From NCBI RefSeq assembly GCF_009834535.1, contig NC_045697.1, positions 55,740,001 through 55,804,000 on the forward strand: 64,000 nucleotides of DNA. The letters run 5' to 3'. Position numbers and translations under genes: made by a program. Source of the stretch: Camelus ferus. Taxonomy: Eukaryota. Of this stretch, positions 27,321 through 38,970 are shown piece after piece. The stretch's first letter is position 1, and each line of letters starts with the position of its first letter. A model generated the notes under the pieces. The model made no database searches, was not told the origin of the DNA, and saw nothing but the letters and a program-made list of their open reading frames with translations.

Positions 27321-29226
27321 TTACATGTTTTACAAAAGTAGTGTATACTTTTGCCAAATCTAACTTGTATGTTATGAATAGAGAGTATACTAAAAATTTA
27401 ACTTCAAAATTTAGCCTTCTGTGTAACAAGGGACAGATTTCTCACCTAGATAATTCACATGATGCAGGAAGGTTATTAATTAAATGGTATCCATGGCAAT
27501 CAGGAAAGTATACTTCCATATAAATCCAGAAGAGTAAGCTACATGCATCTGGGCAGATAGTCATTATAACTGTAAAGTTACTCTGAATTCAACAAAACTG
27601 TTTGAATTTCACCTTGTTTGCAGATTCCACTATTAATATAGTTCTGCTGCTCTCAGTATGAAAGTTAGAGGTGGCTGGCAAATGGATAAACACTGCTATG
27701 GATAGAAGGACAAAACAAATATGTAGAATAACTGAATTCACACAAATTTACAATGATTGGAAAGAGAAGGAGAAAGAGAAACAGAACAGAAATGTATTAA
27801 GAACAAAAATGACTAGTCCATGCTGTTCTATCCCCATAGTCCAACCATGAAAATTAAGTCCAATTTAAATACATTTTATTATATATTTTAAATGTATAAC
27901 TACAATTTAAATATATAAGCAAACTTATATTTACCTAAATAAGCTATGTTGCCAAAATCTTAATGTTTATAAATTTTAGGGTTTTAGGCCACTCTTCCTA
28001 GCTTAATACACAAATTACCAGTAAATTCTTTGAAATAAAGAAATGATAAAATTTACACTCAAGGATCAAGACTTCCATCTTTGTGGCCCACAAACTTTCA
28101 TGAATAATAGGTACTGGTGAAAAATTTGTATCATGATTCCATCCTGTTAGTCACTAATGACAGCCACCCCTGCTGAAAGAGGCAGTAAATAAAAGCATTT
28201 GTGAAGAAGAGGGGTTGATAAAAGATGAATTTACAGTTATTGACTTGATTTTCCTTTCACCCGCAATAAGTAATAGGAAAAGTAACAGACAGCAAGAACA
28301 ACTTTCAGAGTTAGCGTTTCAATCCTACGCCCTGCTGCTTACTGTTATACAAACAAAAATGTAGGAAAAACCTAAATAAAGAGGTTTATTACATATCTTA
28401 CGTGCTGCAAAAACAACCAAAAACCTGATTGACCTAGCAAAATATCAGTAACTTAACTCACATCCATATTAAGACTTTCTTAAATCAGCATACTATCAAG
28501 CACCTCTCTGGAAAATAGAAATACTCATTTTCTAATATGTGTGCTTAATTAATTATGACTTGGTTACAGTACAGAGGAGAAGAATCAAAACATCATATCT
28601 AAAACCTTCTTCAATGTAATAGAGCATATTTTGGTAAAAGAAAATAACCAACTTGAGCTTATTTTTAGTGACGTCGTTTTTCATCTTCATGTTCCTCATT
28701 AGTTATGGCACACTTCTATCTCCTCTCACTTTTCTATTCTTGGTAAATTTTCCATGCAACACATTTCACTGCTTTACATACCCAGAGTCTATGTGAATGC
28801 CACATTTTCTTAGTTGATTTTGAGAAATTAGAACATTTATTTTCATCCTGGAGGTGGACTCACAATTGTTAAAACATATACTATTGGCTGAAAACAAATC
28901 ACACTAAGTCATATTTTAATTAAGAAAAAGAATCATATTATTACTTACAGGTTTCTTCTCAAAAAATCATAGCTTTCAGAGTTAAAAGCTTTCTCTGTAA
29001 TCTTCAACCAACTATTTGAATCTGTTCTAGATAAGGGACCTTTCAGGTGCTGAGCATAGAGTTGGATACACAGGTTATCAATGAATATTAACTGACCAAA
29101 TGAAATAAATAAATAGATATCCAAATCAATCCTTGAATAGATAGAATAGAATAAATTGAATAGAATGATAATCATGGACAGGATGATGAGTTGCCCATTT
29201 TAATACACTTGCTAGGACTATTCTGA

Positions 29227-29308
29227 TAATAGTAATTATAAGATTATAGCAATATTTACCAATAGATTAATAGTAATTACAAGATTATAGCAATATTTAA
29301 CAATAGAT
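29227..29308. repeat. 41-bp tandem duplication (2 copies, 39/41 identical)
   Basis: taatagtaatta(t/c)aagattatagcaatattta(c/a)caatagat twice. Confidence 0.95.
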
Positions 29309-29899
29309 TAAAAAATAAAGTAACCACATTTTTGTGAAGCAAGTTTTTTAAAAAACTCATCACATTCTTTTTCATTCTTTCTCAAGCCATTTATTCAATA
29401 ACAAAAAGGACAACAGAAATCATATTTCTGGCCACTCAGATGTGTTATCTCCTAGGTTTCCTCAGGTTTAACCTGGCATTATGAATTATCCTTCAAATGA
29501 ATGGAAGTGATTTGTAAGCCAAAAGTGATGATTTTTCTAAATATTAACCTCAGTGCCTGGTTCTATGCAGAATATCTTACATAAAATAGTATTTATTGAC
29601 TTTTTCAGTAAGTATGGAAGGCGACATTTTCCATGTTCTTAACAAGTAATGAGCATAATTCCAAAGACGATGAAACCACACATGAAAACAGGGTGGGTGG
29701 TGTGTGAGTACATAAGCAGATCCCCTGGAACCAAACCTCCTTAATGGAGAGAGGATAATCCTCAAGTCTGGATGTTATCTACATACAGTATCAAAGTCTG
29801 TAAATAATATTGGACTTTTCCCTCAAGGGAAAAAAAAAAAAAGGCCTTTGATTTGTTGACTAGGTGTTGAAAACAGTAGAATTCTATTAGAATATGAAC

Positions 29900-30245
29900 T
29901 GACTGCTGTATTTTGGAGAGTAAATGCAACCTGGAACAAAAGGTACTATCCTGAGTTTATTATTACCTGACAAATGGAGATTCATTTGACAGATTCTAAT
30001 CAGGACGGCTATCTCCTCCTGGCACTACTGCTGAGGCTGGAGGATGACATTTTATTAAATTCAGATGCTGGTGAATTGTCAGCACTTATTTGGCTTGTAT
30101 GTTCTGCAGCTTTCAGCATTATTGATCATGAAATTTTAATATAATGCTTGGAAACATATGCCTGCATTTCAAGAGCAGCCTCAGATTGATTTAGGCCTTA
30201 GCTGCCCTCAGGAGAGCAGTCAACACTGTTTTGTGCATAATTCTT
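29900..30245 (+). mobile_element. Ancient L2/CR1-clade LINE reverse transcriptase fragment
   Basis: LEQKVLS*VYYYLTNGDSFDRF*SG from 29931, then after a frameshift ALLLRLEDDILLNSDAGELSALIWLVCSAAFSIIDHEILI*CLETYACISRAASD*FRP*L from 30022. Colinear with L2 RT motifs (FQSGF...ALLKVxNDIL...LDLSAAFDTVDH...WFxSYL). Confidence 0.8.
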
Positions 30246-31434
30246 CTTTCCTTTTCTCTTCTTTTTCTCTTTCTTCTGATCTTCCTTCACCTAATTCCTC
30301 CTCTTTTTTTTTTTTTTTTTCCTACTAGAAACAAAGTACCCTGCTGATTGAAAGAAAGATCTCAAATCTGGTTTGTTTTAATTTCCAATATCCAAACTAC
30401 TCTTGATACTCATATTTGAAAAGGTTTATGTAACTGACCCACATAAAGTAACTCATTAGCATTTACTTATATTTAAACATTCAGACACTATGCTACCGTT
30501 TCTGAGTTTTATGTAACTTTGTAACATAATCAAATTTCTTAAAATTCAACTCACAAATAAAATTTTATTAACTGTTTAAGTGACTTTATAATTATATCAT
30601 TTCATCTTACATTTGACAGAAACGGCAAATTTTAATTTTGTGATTTTAGGATTCATGTAGACACATAGAGTCCTTTTTGCATTATATTTTTTACTTTAGA
30701 GCTATGAAGTCACTTTTTTCCCCCCATCCTCCTCTCCACATTGCTGCTGGCAGAGGACCATTGCCTGTCTTTATTTGTGTTGGTCTTATAATAAGATTGA
30801 AAGTCTGTTCAGTACGTTGATATTTTTCCCCCCAACAACTTGATTACTGCAATTCCCTGTTAGCTGGCCACTTTTCAACTACTATATCAAATTGCAATAT
30901 GTACAAAGCCAAGCTACTAGACTGGTGGTCTGCAACCACATATTGGGGTCAAGCAGAATCAGTTTAATTTCTTTCCTCTAGTCTCTTAGAGAAGTGGTTT
31001 AACATGGACTATAATCTTTTTTTAATAAAAAATTTCATATCTTTATAGTAGAACATTTTCAAGACCATGTCACAGTGGCAGTGAAGTAACTTGAAAAAAT
31101 CACAGACACACAAAATCTGCCCTGTCTACAAGTTAACCACATTGGTTCTAGTGACTAAATTCAACTTTAGTAAGTATGGAGAAAGTTGTTTAAGAGTTGC
31201 TCTGTGAATGTACTACGTAAGAGGAATTGCTCCAGTGAGTGGCATGTATCAGAAGCAATGGTGTGTCTGAAAAATTACACTTCATTTTATCCAATGATTG
31301 AATAAATGAATGAAAGGGAGAAATTATAAGTAACATGTATTGGAGAAAATTGGGATCTATTCTAAAAGAAATTTCAGGGTCTGAGTTTTGACATATTGGC
31401 AACAGAGTAAAAGGAAAATAACCTATGTGTATGT

Positions 31435-31482
31435 GTATACATATATGTGTGTGTGTGTGTGTATATTTATATATATATATAT
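31435..31482. repeat. (TG)n(TA)n microsatellite
   Basis: Direct reading. Confidence 0.9.
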
Positions 31483-31849
31483 CACAGACATACAACATTG
31501 AGGGAATGACATTTTGAGATAAAATAATTATTGAATGTCTATATAAAATTAACAATAAAATGAGGAAAAACACTTTAAAGTATTTTTTGTCAAATATGCA
31601 AAGTGTCAATATTTCTACCATATACAGAAACTTATTTTAATTTTGAAGAAAAATGTAAATGTACCACTAGATAACCAGGAAAAGAATAAATTCAGGTAGT
31701 CTTGTGAGTCATAAGAAAAATATATCTCTTAGTGAGCAAAATATACAAAGTCTGAAGCTTTGAGACACGTTTTTATCTAGATTGTGAATATATTTAAAAC
31801 ATACAAAAGCCAATATTTACGAGGTGGTAGCAAAATGCATACACTCATA

Positions 31850-32919
31850 AAGACCCACTATTCCTAGTCTGTAATTCTAAAATCCAGAAAGGCCTAGAAA
31901 TCAAAGACTTTGTTTGGATTTATTTATTTTTTAATTTGGTAGCTCATTTGACAGCCAAATTGATTTAATATAAACTCCTGAGAGTAAAATCTGACTTCAA
32001 CTGAATGTATCTGAGACAGGAAGAGGGCAGGGCACAGCCATTCAAGGAATAACACAATAATTAACATCAGGATGGCTAAAGATTCAACCCTCTACGTGCC
32101 TTGAGGCTCAAGACTTGGGAGATTTGACTTCTAGCAGAACTTGAGCTTTATTATACACCCATTAGAATATAATAGTATGGTAAATAACACGCCCACAGGC
32201 ACCATGACAGTCCCAAGGCTAGCCACAATAGGTCAAAGAGTGGGAAGTGGCCAACTTCCTGGGAATCCCAGCCCCTTCCCCAGGCTACTTAGACTGGTCC
32301 TTCCACTTATTACCATATGAAGCCACTGAGCCCATAAAAACTGGCAACATGGCACCTTGTGGCTGCCGCCCTCTCTCTCTCTCCACCTTCAGAGATGGGC
32401 CACATTCTGTCTATGGAGTATGTACCTACTTTTACTCTAATCTGAGCACCAAACCCCCACACCTCCTGGCCTTTTTCTTGCCTTTCAAGTATCTCTCTAA
32501 ATAAATTTACCTTTACTCAACTGTGGCTCACTCTTGAATTCTTTCCTGCGCAAAGCCAAGGACCCACACCTAGTGGGGCAGATCCCAGGGGCTCAACCGA
32601 AGCCTGGGACACAGCCCTTCTCATGCCCCACATCTGTTTTTCCTGCATCATATCTGTTTACTAGTATTTACTTATTCCTCTTTGGTATGAGGTTATTTAT
32701 GAGTATTTATTTACTCCATTTAGTAGGATTATTCCTATGTGTTCATCCAAAAACATTAACCTATTTCATTACTTACTACTGTCCCCAAATCGACTAGATT
32801 GTTAGATAATATGTAGTATTTGTATCATTTTACTTTTCTGAGCAGACACCTGTCTAAACAGTTTTGAATTCTGAAACACTTCTGGTTCTTTGGGTTTCAT
32901 ATAAAGGATTATGGACCTG
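31850..32919 (-). mobile_element. TcMar-Tigger MER46C-like element, interrupted by an LTR
   Basis: Right end gaattctgaaacacttctgg...ataaaggattatggacctg|ta is the reverse complement of the recalled MER46C start. The left end is a degraded terminal inverted repeat after TA. Confidence 0.7.
32012..32650 (+). mobile_element. Solo ERV1-class LTR (639 bp)
   Basis: TG...CA ends with imperfect terminal inverted repeat (tgagacaggaa / ttcctgcatca, 9/11); 4-bp TSD tatc at 32008-32011 and 32651-32654; cataaaaa TATA-like motif near 32333; aataaa near 32500. Confidence 0.92.
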
Positions 32920-32954
32920 TAGAGTGTTAGGTACTATGTACAGTGGTACTTCAA

Positions 32955-33550
32955 CAAATTCATTCAATCATTCATTCATTAAACAAATATATATTTTGCA
33001 TCTACATATTCCAAGGAATGATCTAGGCACTGGAAAAACAAATAGCCCTCAGGTAACTCACATGGTGAAGGAAAAAAGATATAGGAACAAAAAACACATG
33101 TAAGTATGTTAAGTAGTTACTAGAGAGAGGGATAAAATGGGAAGGTCAGGAAAGCCCGTAACATTGCCTGTGGCACAGAGGTGATGCACTAATTGATTTA
33201 GTCAGACTAAACATTAAGTGCTGAGGCTCAGATAAGGGTAATCCAACAAAACTTGATCTAGGATCCCAAGTAAATGAATCAGGTTGGAACATAGGGAGCA
33301 AGAAAGCAAAATGACAAGGCATAAGCAAAAGGCAGAAGTGGATAATTTATTCAGAAGATTCAAGGAAGCTCATGTAGGATTTCATGCAAGATGACATAAT
33401 CATGACTGCTCCAGTAATATTGGATTTTTTTTCACTAAATAACTGATTGGAAGGGGATATACCCAGTAAGTGCTAGGGATACTGGTTGGTAGACTGTTGT
33501 AGTAATACACACAATAGACAAAGGCCTTATCTAAGATGGTGTTCTATGAA
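32955..33550 (-). mobile_element. L2 3' end (antisense)
   Basis: ttcattcaatcattcattcattaaacaaatat...ctacatattccaagg...tctaggcactgg. Confidence 0.7.
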
Positions 33551-34509
33551 ATTGTCCTCCCTTAAAGACTTTTCAAATTCATGTACCCCTTATAGGTGTT
33601 TAAAATGATGTTAACTTTTGATAACAAGTTTAAATAGATGCAGCTGGTGTTGATGGTCTATATCTACAACTCTGTGTGATACATACCTATGATAACAGAG
33701 AAAGAGAAAGCCCAAAGTGATTAAGCTGGTAATTTAAAAAAAATAGTTTAAAAAAAGGCATATAAAATAAAAACTGTATCTTTGTGATTTTTTTCTATAT
33801 TCCATTCTTTTTCAGTTTGTGACTAGGATCAGCCACAATGGCTAAAATTGCTCCTTCAACATTGCCAAGAAAGGTTTGAGGCTGCTAAATGTAAGCTGTA
33901 AGAGGGTCTCACCTGTTTGTTCAAATAAAACTCCTAGATTGTTTCCTTTTACATAATATATATTTAAATATATTTGTAGAATGCATGCATGAATAAGTGA
34001 ATGCATACTAAAAATAAAAAAGAGGAAGGGAGAATTGTTTTTTTTATATCGTGTTTCCAATTGTTTTTCTAGATTTTAATTTAAAGCCAAGAAATAAATA
34101 ACTATGTATTTGTTCTTCTCCCACTCTACTACTAAAGTGGAAAATGTATCATTAATATTATACACTTAAAGCCCTGTTACTGAATTATTTCTTCCAGGCT
34201 GATGTATGTACATGATTTGTTTACCTTAAAAGTCACCATGAGATCTATCAAGTTACTCTTTCTATGATTCTATTTCTGATTCTGGTGAAATATGAAACAA
34301 CTTAAATCTAACATGCTGGGCCATCATTTATTTAATGTGGCTTTGAGTGAAACTCTGAGAACATATTCCTCCTTTCAATCAAGTCAGGGTCACTGTGCAC
34401 GGAAAAGAGTCATCTCTACACATCAAGAAACAGAAAACACAACCTTACCCTCCATCTTTTTTCCTATACTACTCTTACTTTATAAAATAGCTAATTTTAA
34501 AGTACTTAT

Positions 34510-34735
34510 TAGTAAAATAATAGCTATTATGAAAAAGTGCCATGTGTCAGACATAGTACATACATTATTTCACGTATTTCTTTAAAAAATCAATAAGATA
34601 AATGTTAAAGTTGTCATCTCTTAGGCCAGGAAATGAAGTATAGTGAGTGAAATTATTTTTAGAGCTAAAATTTCATAAATGGCAGAGCTAAAATTTCAGG
34701 ACTCATTCACTTGAAAGTCATTCTTGCGCCACTGA
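34510..34735 (-). mobile_element. MIR SINE (degraded)
   Basis: aataatagctattatg...catgtgtcagaca...ggaaatgaag...taaatggcagagcta. Confidence 0.55.
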
Positions 34736-34754
34736 AGAATGATATGATTTATTA

Positions 34755-34999
34755 AGATACCCAAATCAGAATTGCTCCCACTCCTGGCAACATCCAATAC
34801 AAAGCAAAGCCTTGCTTCCTTAAATCCTCCCCCAAATCTTGGTAACACAAGCCCAAATCCTATAACAAGTTATTTTGAATGCCCTCTTGCTGAGATGCCT
34901 CACAATTCCCCATGATGTTCCTTCTCTCCCACTGCAATGAGTAATAAGCCCAACTTGTTCAACTACAGGTATGTTCTTGGTGGTCTTTGGTCATTGACA
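34755..34999 (+). mobile_element. ERV1 LTR 3' portion, MER90-like
   Basis: caagcccaaatcctataa...tgagatgcc.caca.ttcccca...gagtaataagcccaacttgttcaactacagg...cattgaca. Confidence 0.7.
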
Positions 35000-35259
35000 T
35001 CTGTAAAAATTCAACCCAATACATTTTTTTATGATCCATCTGATACTAAATAACTGGTTTTACAGTTTCAGTTGGCTCGGATTTGACTCCCAATAATTTG
35101 TTTGGTTTTATGAATGTTCAGTTTCTTTGACCCTAAATAGTAAGTATTTTCTTTTCCTCCTTTTCCTCTTTCTCCTCCTCCTCCTTTCTTTTCCTCTTCC
35201 TACTTTTTTTTTCTGAAAAAGCAGTAAAGTTGCATGTTTGCTATAAATAGTTTCTCTCT

Positions 35260-35617
35260 CCCTCAGCTATATTGAGGTATAATTGGTGTACAAAAATACT
35301 GCACAAAACCAATGCATACAATTTGGTAAGAATAGATATATGCATACACCCGTGATACCATCATCACAAACAAGATAATAAACAAATATATCAACTTTAA
35401 AACCTTGTGTCTCTGAGAACTTTCTTTTTTTCTGACAGGTGGTGGGATTTGGGGTGTTTATGTGCATGGCAAGAACATTTAACATGAAATTTGACTTCTT
35501 AAGAAATTTTTAAGTACACAATACCTTATTGTTAACTATATGCACTATGTTGTACAGGTGATCTCTGGAACTTACTCATCTTGTATAATTGTAACTTTAT
35601 ACCCATTGAACAATAAT
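35260..35617 (-). mobile_element. L1MB-type 3' UTR fragment
   Basis: cagctatattgaggtataattg...aagaacatttaacatga...attgttaactata.gcactatgttgtacag...gtaactttatacccattgaacaa. Confidence 0.85.
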
Positions 35618-37227
35618 TAAGATCTAATATATTCTTTTAAAATATTCTCTTTGACTAAAGCCCAGATAACCTATTTATTAATCAGCTGTTTTCATGAGAC
35701 ATCATTATTTGTGTGGCTATTTTGAAAAAAGGCAGCTGAAGATAAAAGCCAAAAGCAAGTACTGCAGTGCTGGTTGGAGTTAATGGTGTCCTCAAGAGTT
35801 CCACAAATTGATTTTAAAGCCCTAAGGGTGGAAGTTCAGTGGATCAAGTAGTGTCACATTAACCATTAGGACCATGCTCGCAGACCCTGCATGATCAGGG
35901 GGCATCCTCAGATTTGTAATAAATCACACAGATTAATTTGACAGTACGCCCACTATCTTTAGACTCTATAAATCTTAGGTGCAGGGCTCCATTCATTTAA
36001 AACAAAAACAATCAGAAAATGTCTATAAACCAAGACAAAAATACTTTCTTCCAAAAGTGACCATTATTTTGTGATCTTCCAAATTTCAGAGGAACAATGA
36101 GAAACATTTGTCTAAAATGCTGTTTCTTGTGAAAATCACTAGGACAAGCTCTACCTAAGTAGGGAACTTTCTGCAAAATTCTGGTACCACATAAAACAAG
36201 GAGAGAACTGTATTTCTTGGTGAGTGGCTACGTTTGGAAGGTGGAGTAATTTTCCTTTGATTCCTCTTGTAATTTCTTCCTTGCCTGCTTCTCAGACCAG
36301 GGTTCAGTTTTATTTTCACTAACAATGGAGGTAAGAAAAATCAAAATGCAATATCCTTGGATGTCTGCAGTTTTCTTTATATTCATATTCTTTAAAGTTT
36401 ACTTTCAATGTTTGTTTAACTAAGAGTCTTTGGATGTTAAAAAACTATGCCACTCTAAACCTATTCTGATTATAAAGTTTAAAAACTGTATAATAAAATC
36501 AAAGCTTTTTTTCTCATTATTATTCTAGGAAATAAAGTGTTGATTACTAAAGCAACTTTTAATAATTTGGATTCAATTATAAACATTATTGACAAGCAAT
36601 TCCTCTTATTTTCCATCCTTTAGTTAGTCTTTTAAAAAGCATTTTTCAGCTTTAAGATAGTATTTGTAGTCTAAACTATCATTACCACAGAGTAAAGCAT
36701 AATAAATCTACCATGGTATCTATTAAATCCTTATGACAGAAGTTCAGAATCATCTAGATCATAAAATAGTTTTAAATTTTTAATCCTGGGCTTGCTACTC
36801 CTGAGACAGTAAGAGAAACAGACAATGAGAGAAAGTTGACCCTAACATATGCTGGTGGCATGAATATTATTCCTCAGTTGTCTTTTTACCCCCATGCTTA
36901 GCTAATATGCTATCAAGTCTGTGATAACTTCCGAAGATTTTACCTATAATAGCAGAAGTTCCTTTGATGATTACAAGACTAACAGTTGCTACTAATACAT
37001 AATTGGCCATTTATATTTAATAACTTAAGTGATAATACAGATAATTCAACTGCTTTGAGAAAAAAAAATCTAAGCCAAAATATGAATATTCTCTCTAACA
37101 GCATCCCTGATTAGCTTTATTCCTAAAGAATTAAAAAGTGCATGAGCTCTAGAATTACATAATTCCTTACTTTCCAGAATAAGCCTCACAGACCCTAATG
37201 AATGGTGAAAGTGTGGGAGAAAAGAAA

Positions 37228-37633
37228 TTTTATCAGTCAGGGTTTCACAGAGAAACAGAACCAATACAAAAATTTATTATAAGAATTAGCTCATGCAAGC
37301 TGGAGAACTAAAAAGCCAGTAGTGTGATTCAGTCTGAATCTAAAGTTTAAGAGCCAGGAACTCCAATGTCCAAAGGCAGGAAAAGACGGACATTACAGCT
37401 GCAGAAGAAAAAAGGTAATCCACCCTTCATCCCCTTTTTTGTTCCAGTCAAACTCTTAAGAGGTTGGATGATACGAGCTGACATTGGTGAGGGCAGATCT
37501 CTTTACTCAGTCCACCAATTCAAATGCTAATCCCGTTCCAAGCACCCTCACTGACATACTCAGAAATCATATTTTATTGGTTATCTGGGCATCCCGTAGC
37601 CCAGTCAAGTTGACACAAAAGTTAATTACCTCA
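37228..37633 (-). mobile_element. ERVL LTR, MLT2B-like solo LTR
   Basis: agtcagggtt..cagagaaacagaacca...ggtgagggcagatct.ctttactcagtc.acc.attcaaatgctaatc...agcccagtcaagttgacac. Confidence 0.9.
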
Positions 37634-37993
37634 AAGATACTATCCAATGTCACAGAGTTAAGTCTTCCCCACAGGAAACATTTTTTCCTAAATAAAAATG
37701 TGAACCATGCTAAATATAGTTTCAGAGACATTTCCATGAGAGATCACTACATGGAGAGTAGATGGAGCAACACTCTTTAGGACTCTGGAGAAATACCCTA
37801 AAAGAGTTCCTCTTTTTCTCTTAAAAATAACGCAAACTTTTCATCCTATTAACTCTGATAATATAATATATAGCATAACCTAACCAAACATATTTAAAAT
37901 TACTGTCTCATTTTGTTAAGGCTTAAATGTAATGCTACTGTGTTATGTTTACAAATTTTAGATGCTTGATTCAATTAAGAATGAATGCTCTGT

Positions 37994-38970
37994 GATAATT
38001 AGTGATACTGAGCATTTTTTCATGTGCCTATTGATCATTTGTATTTCTTCCTTGGAGAATTGCTTGTTTAGGTCAATCCATTTTTGGATTGGACAGAATA
38101 CTCAATATCACTAATTATCAGAGAAATGCAAATCAAAACTACAATTAGGTATCACCTCACACCAGTCAGTATGGCCATCATTCAAAAGTCCACAAATGAC
38201 AAATGCTGGAGAGGCTGTGGAGAAGAGGGAACCCTCCTGCACTGCTGGTGGGAATGCAGTTTGGTGCAGCCACTGTGGAAAACAGTATGGAGATTCCTCA
38301 AAAGACTAGGAATAGATTTACCATATGACCCAGTAATCCTGCTCTTGGGCATATATCCATAAGAAACCCTACTTCAAAAAGACACCTGCACCCCAAAGTT
38401 CATAGCAGCACTATTTACAATAGCCAAGACGTGGAAACAGCCTAAATGTCCACCAACAGATGACTGGATAAAGAAGGTGTGGTATATTTATACAATGGGA
38501 TACTATTCAGCCATAAAAAAGGACAACATAACACCATTTGCAGCAACATGGATGTCTCTGGAGAATGTCATTCTAAGTAAGCCAGAAAGAGAAAGAAAAA
38601 TACCATATGAGATCGCTTATATGTGGAATCTAAAAAAAAAAAAAAAAAGAACAGAAATACAAAACAGAAACAGACTCATAGACATAGAATACAAACTTGT
38701 GGTTTCCAGGGGGAAAAGGGGTGGCAAGGGACAGACTGGGAGTTTGAAATTTGTAGATACTGACAGGCATATGTAGAATAGATAAACAAGATTATACTGT
38801 ATAGCACAGGGAAATATATACAAGATCTTGTGGTAGCTCACAGCGAAAAAGAATGCAGCAATGAATATATGTATGTCCATGTATAACTGAAAAATTGTGT
38901 TCTACACTGGAAATTGACACAACATTGTAAACTGACTATAATTCAATAAAAAATAAATGTAGTAGAGGAA
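37994..38970 (+). mobile_element. 5'-inverted (twin-primed) L1, camelid-type 3' UTR
   Basis: 37994-38092 is antisense ORF2; ~38097 onward is sense ORF2 C-terminus ([18 protein letters not shown]) plus 3' UTR. TSD aagaatgaatgctctgt (37977-37993) and aaaaatgaatactctgt (38971-38987). Confidence 0.95.

Noticed and set aside
31190..31621. 143-aa minus-strand ORF
   Set aside because: Reads through a TG/TA microsatellite and AT-rich DNA; composition is not gene-like.
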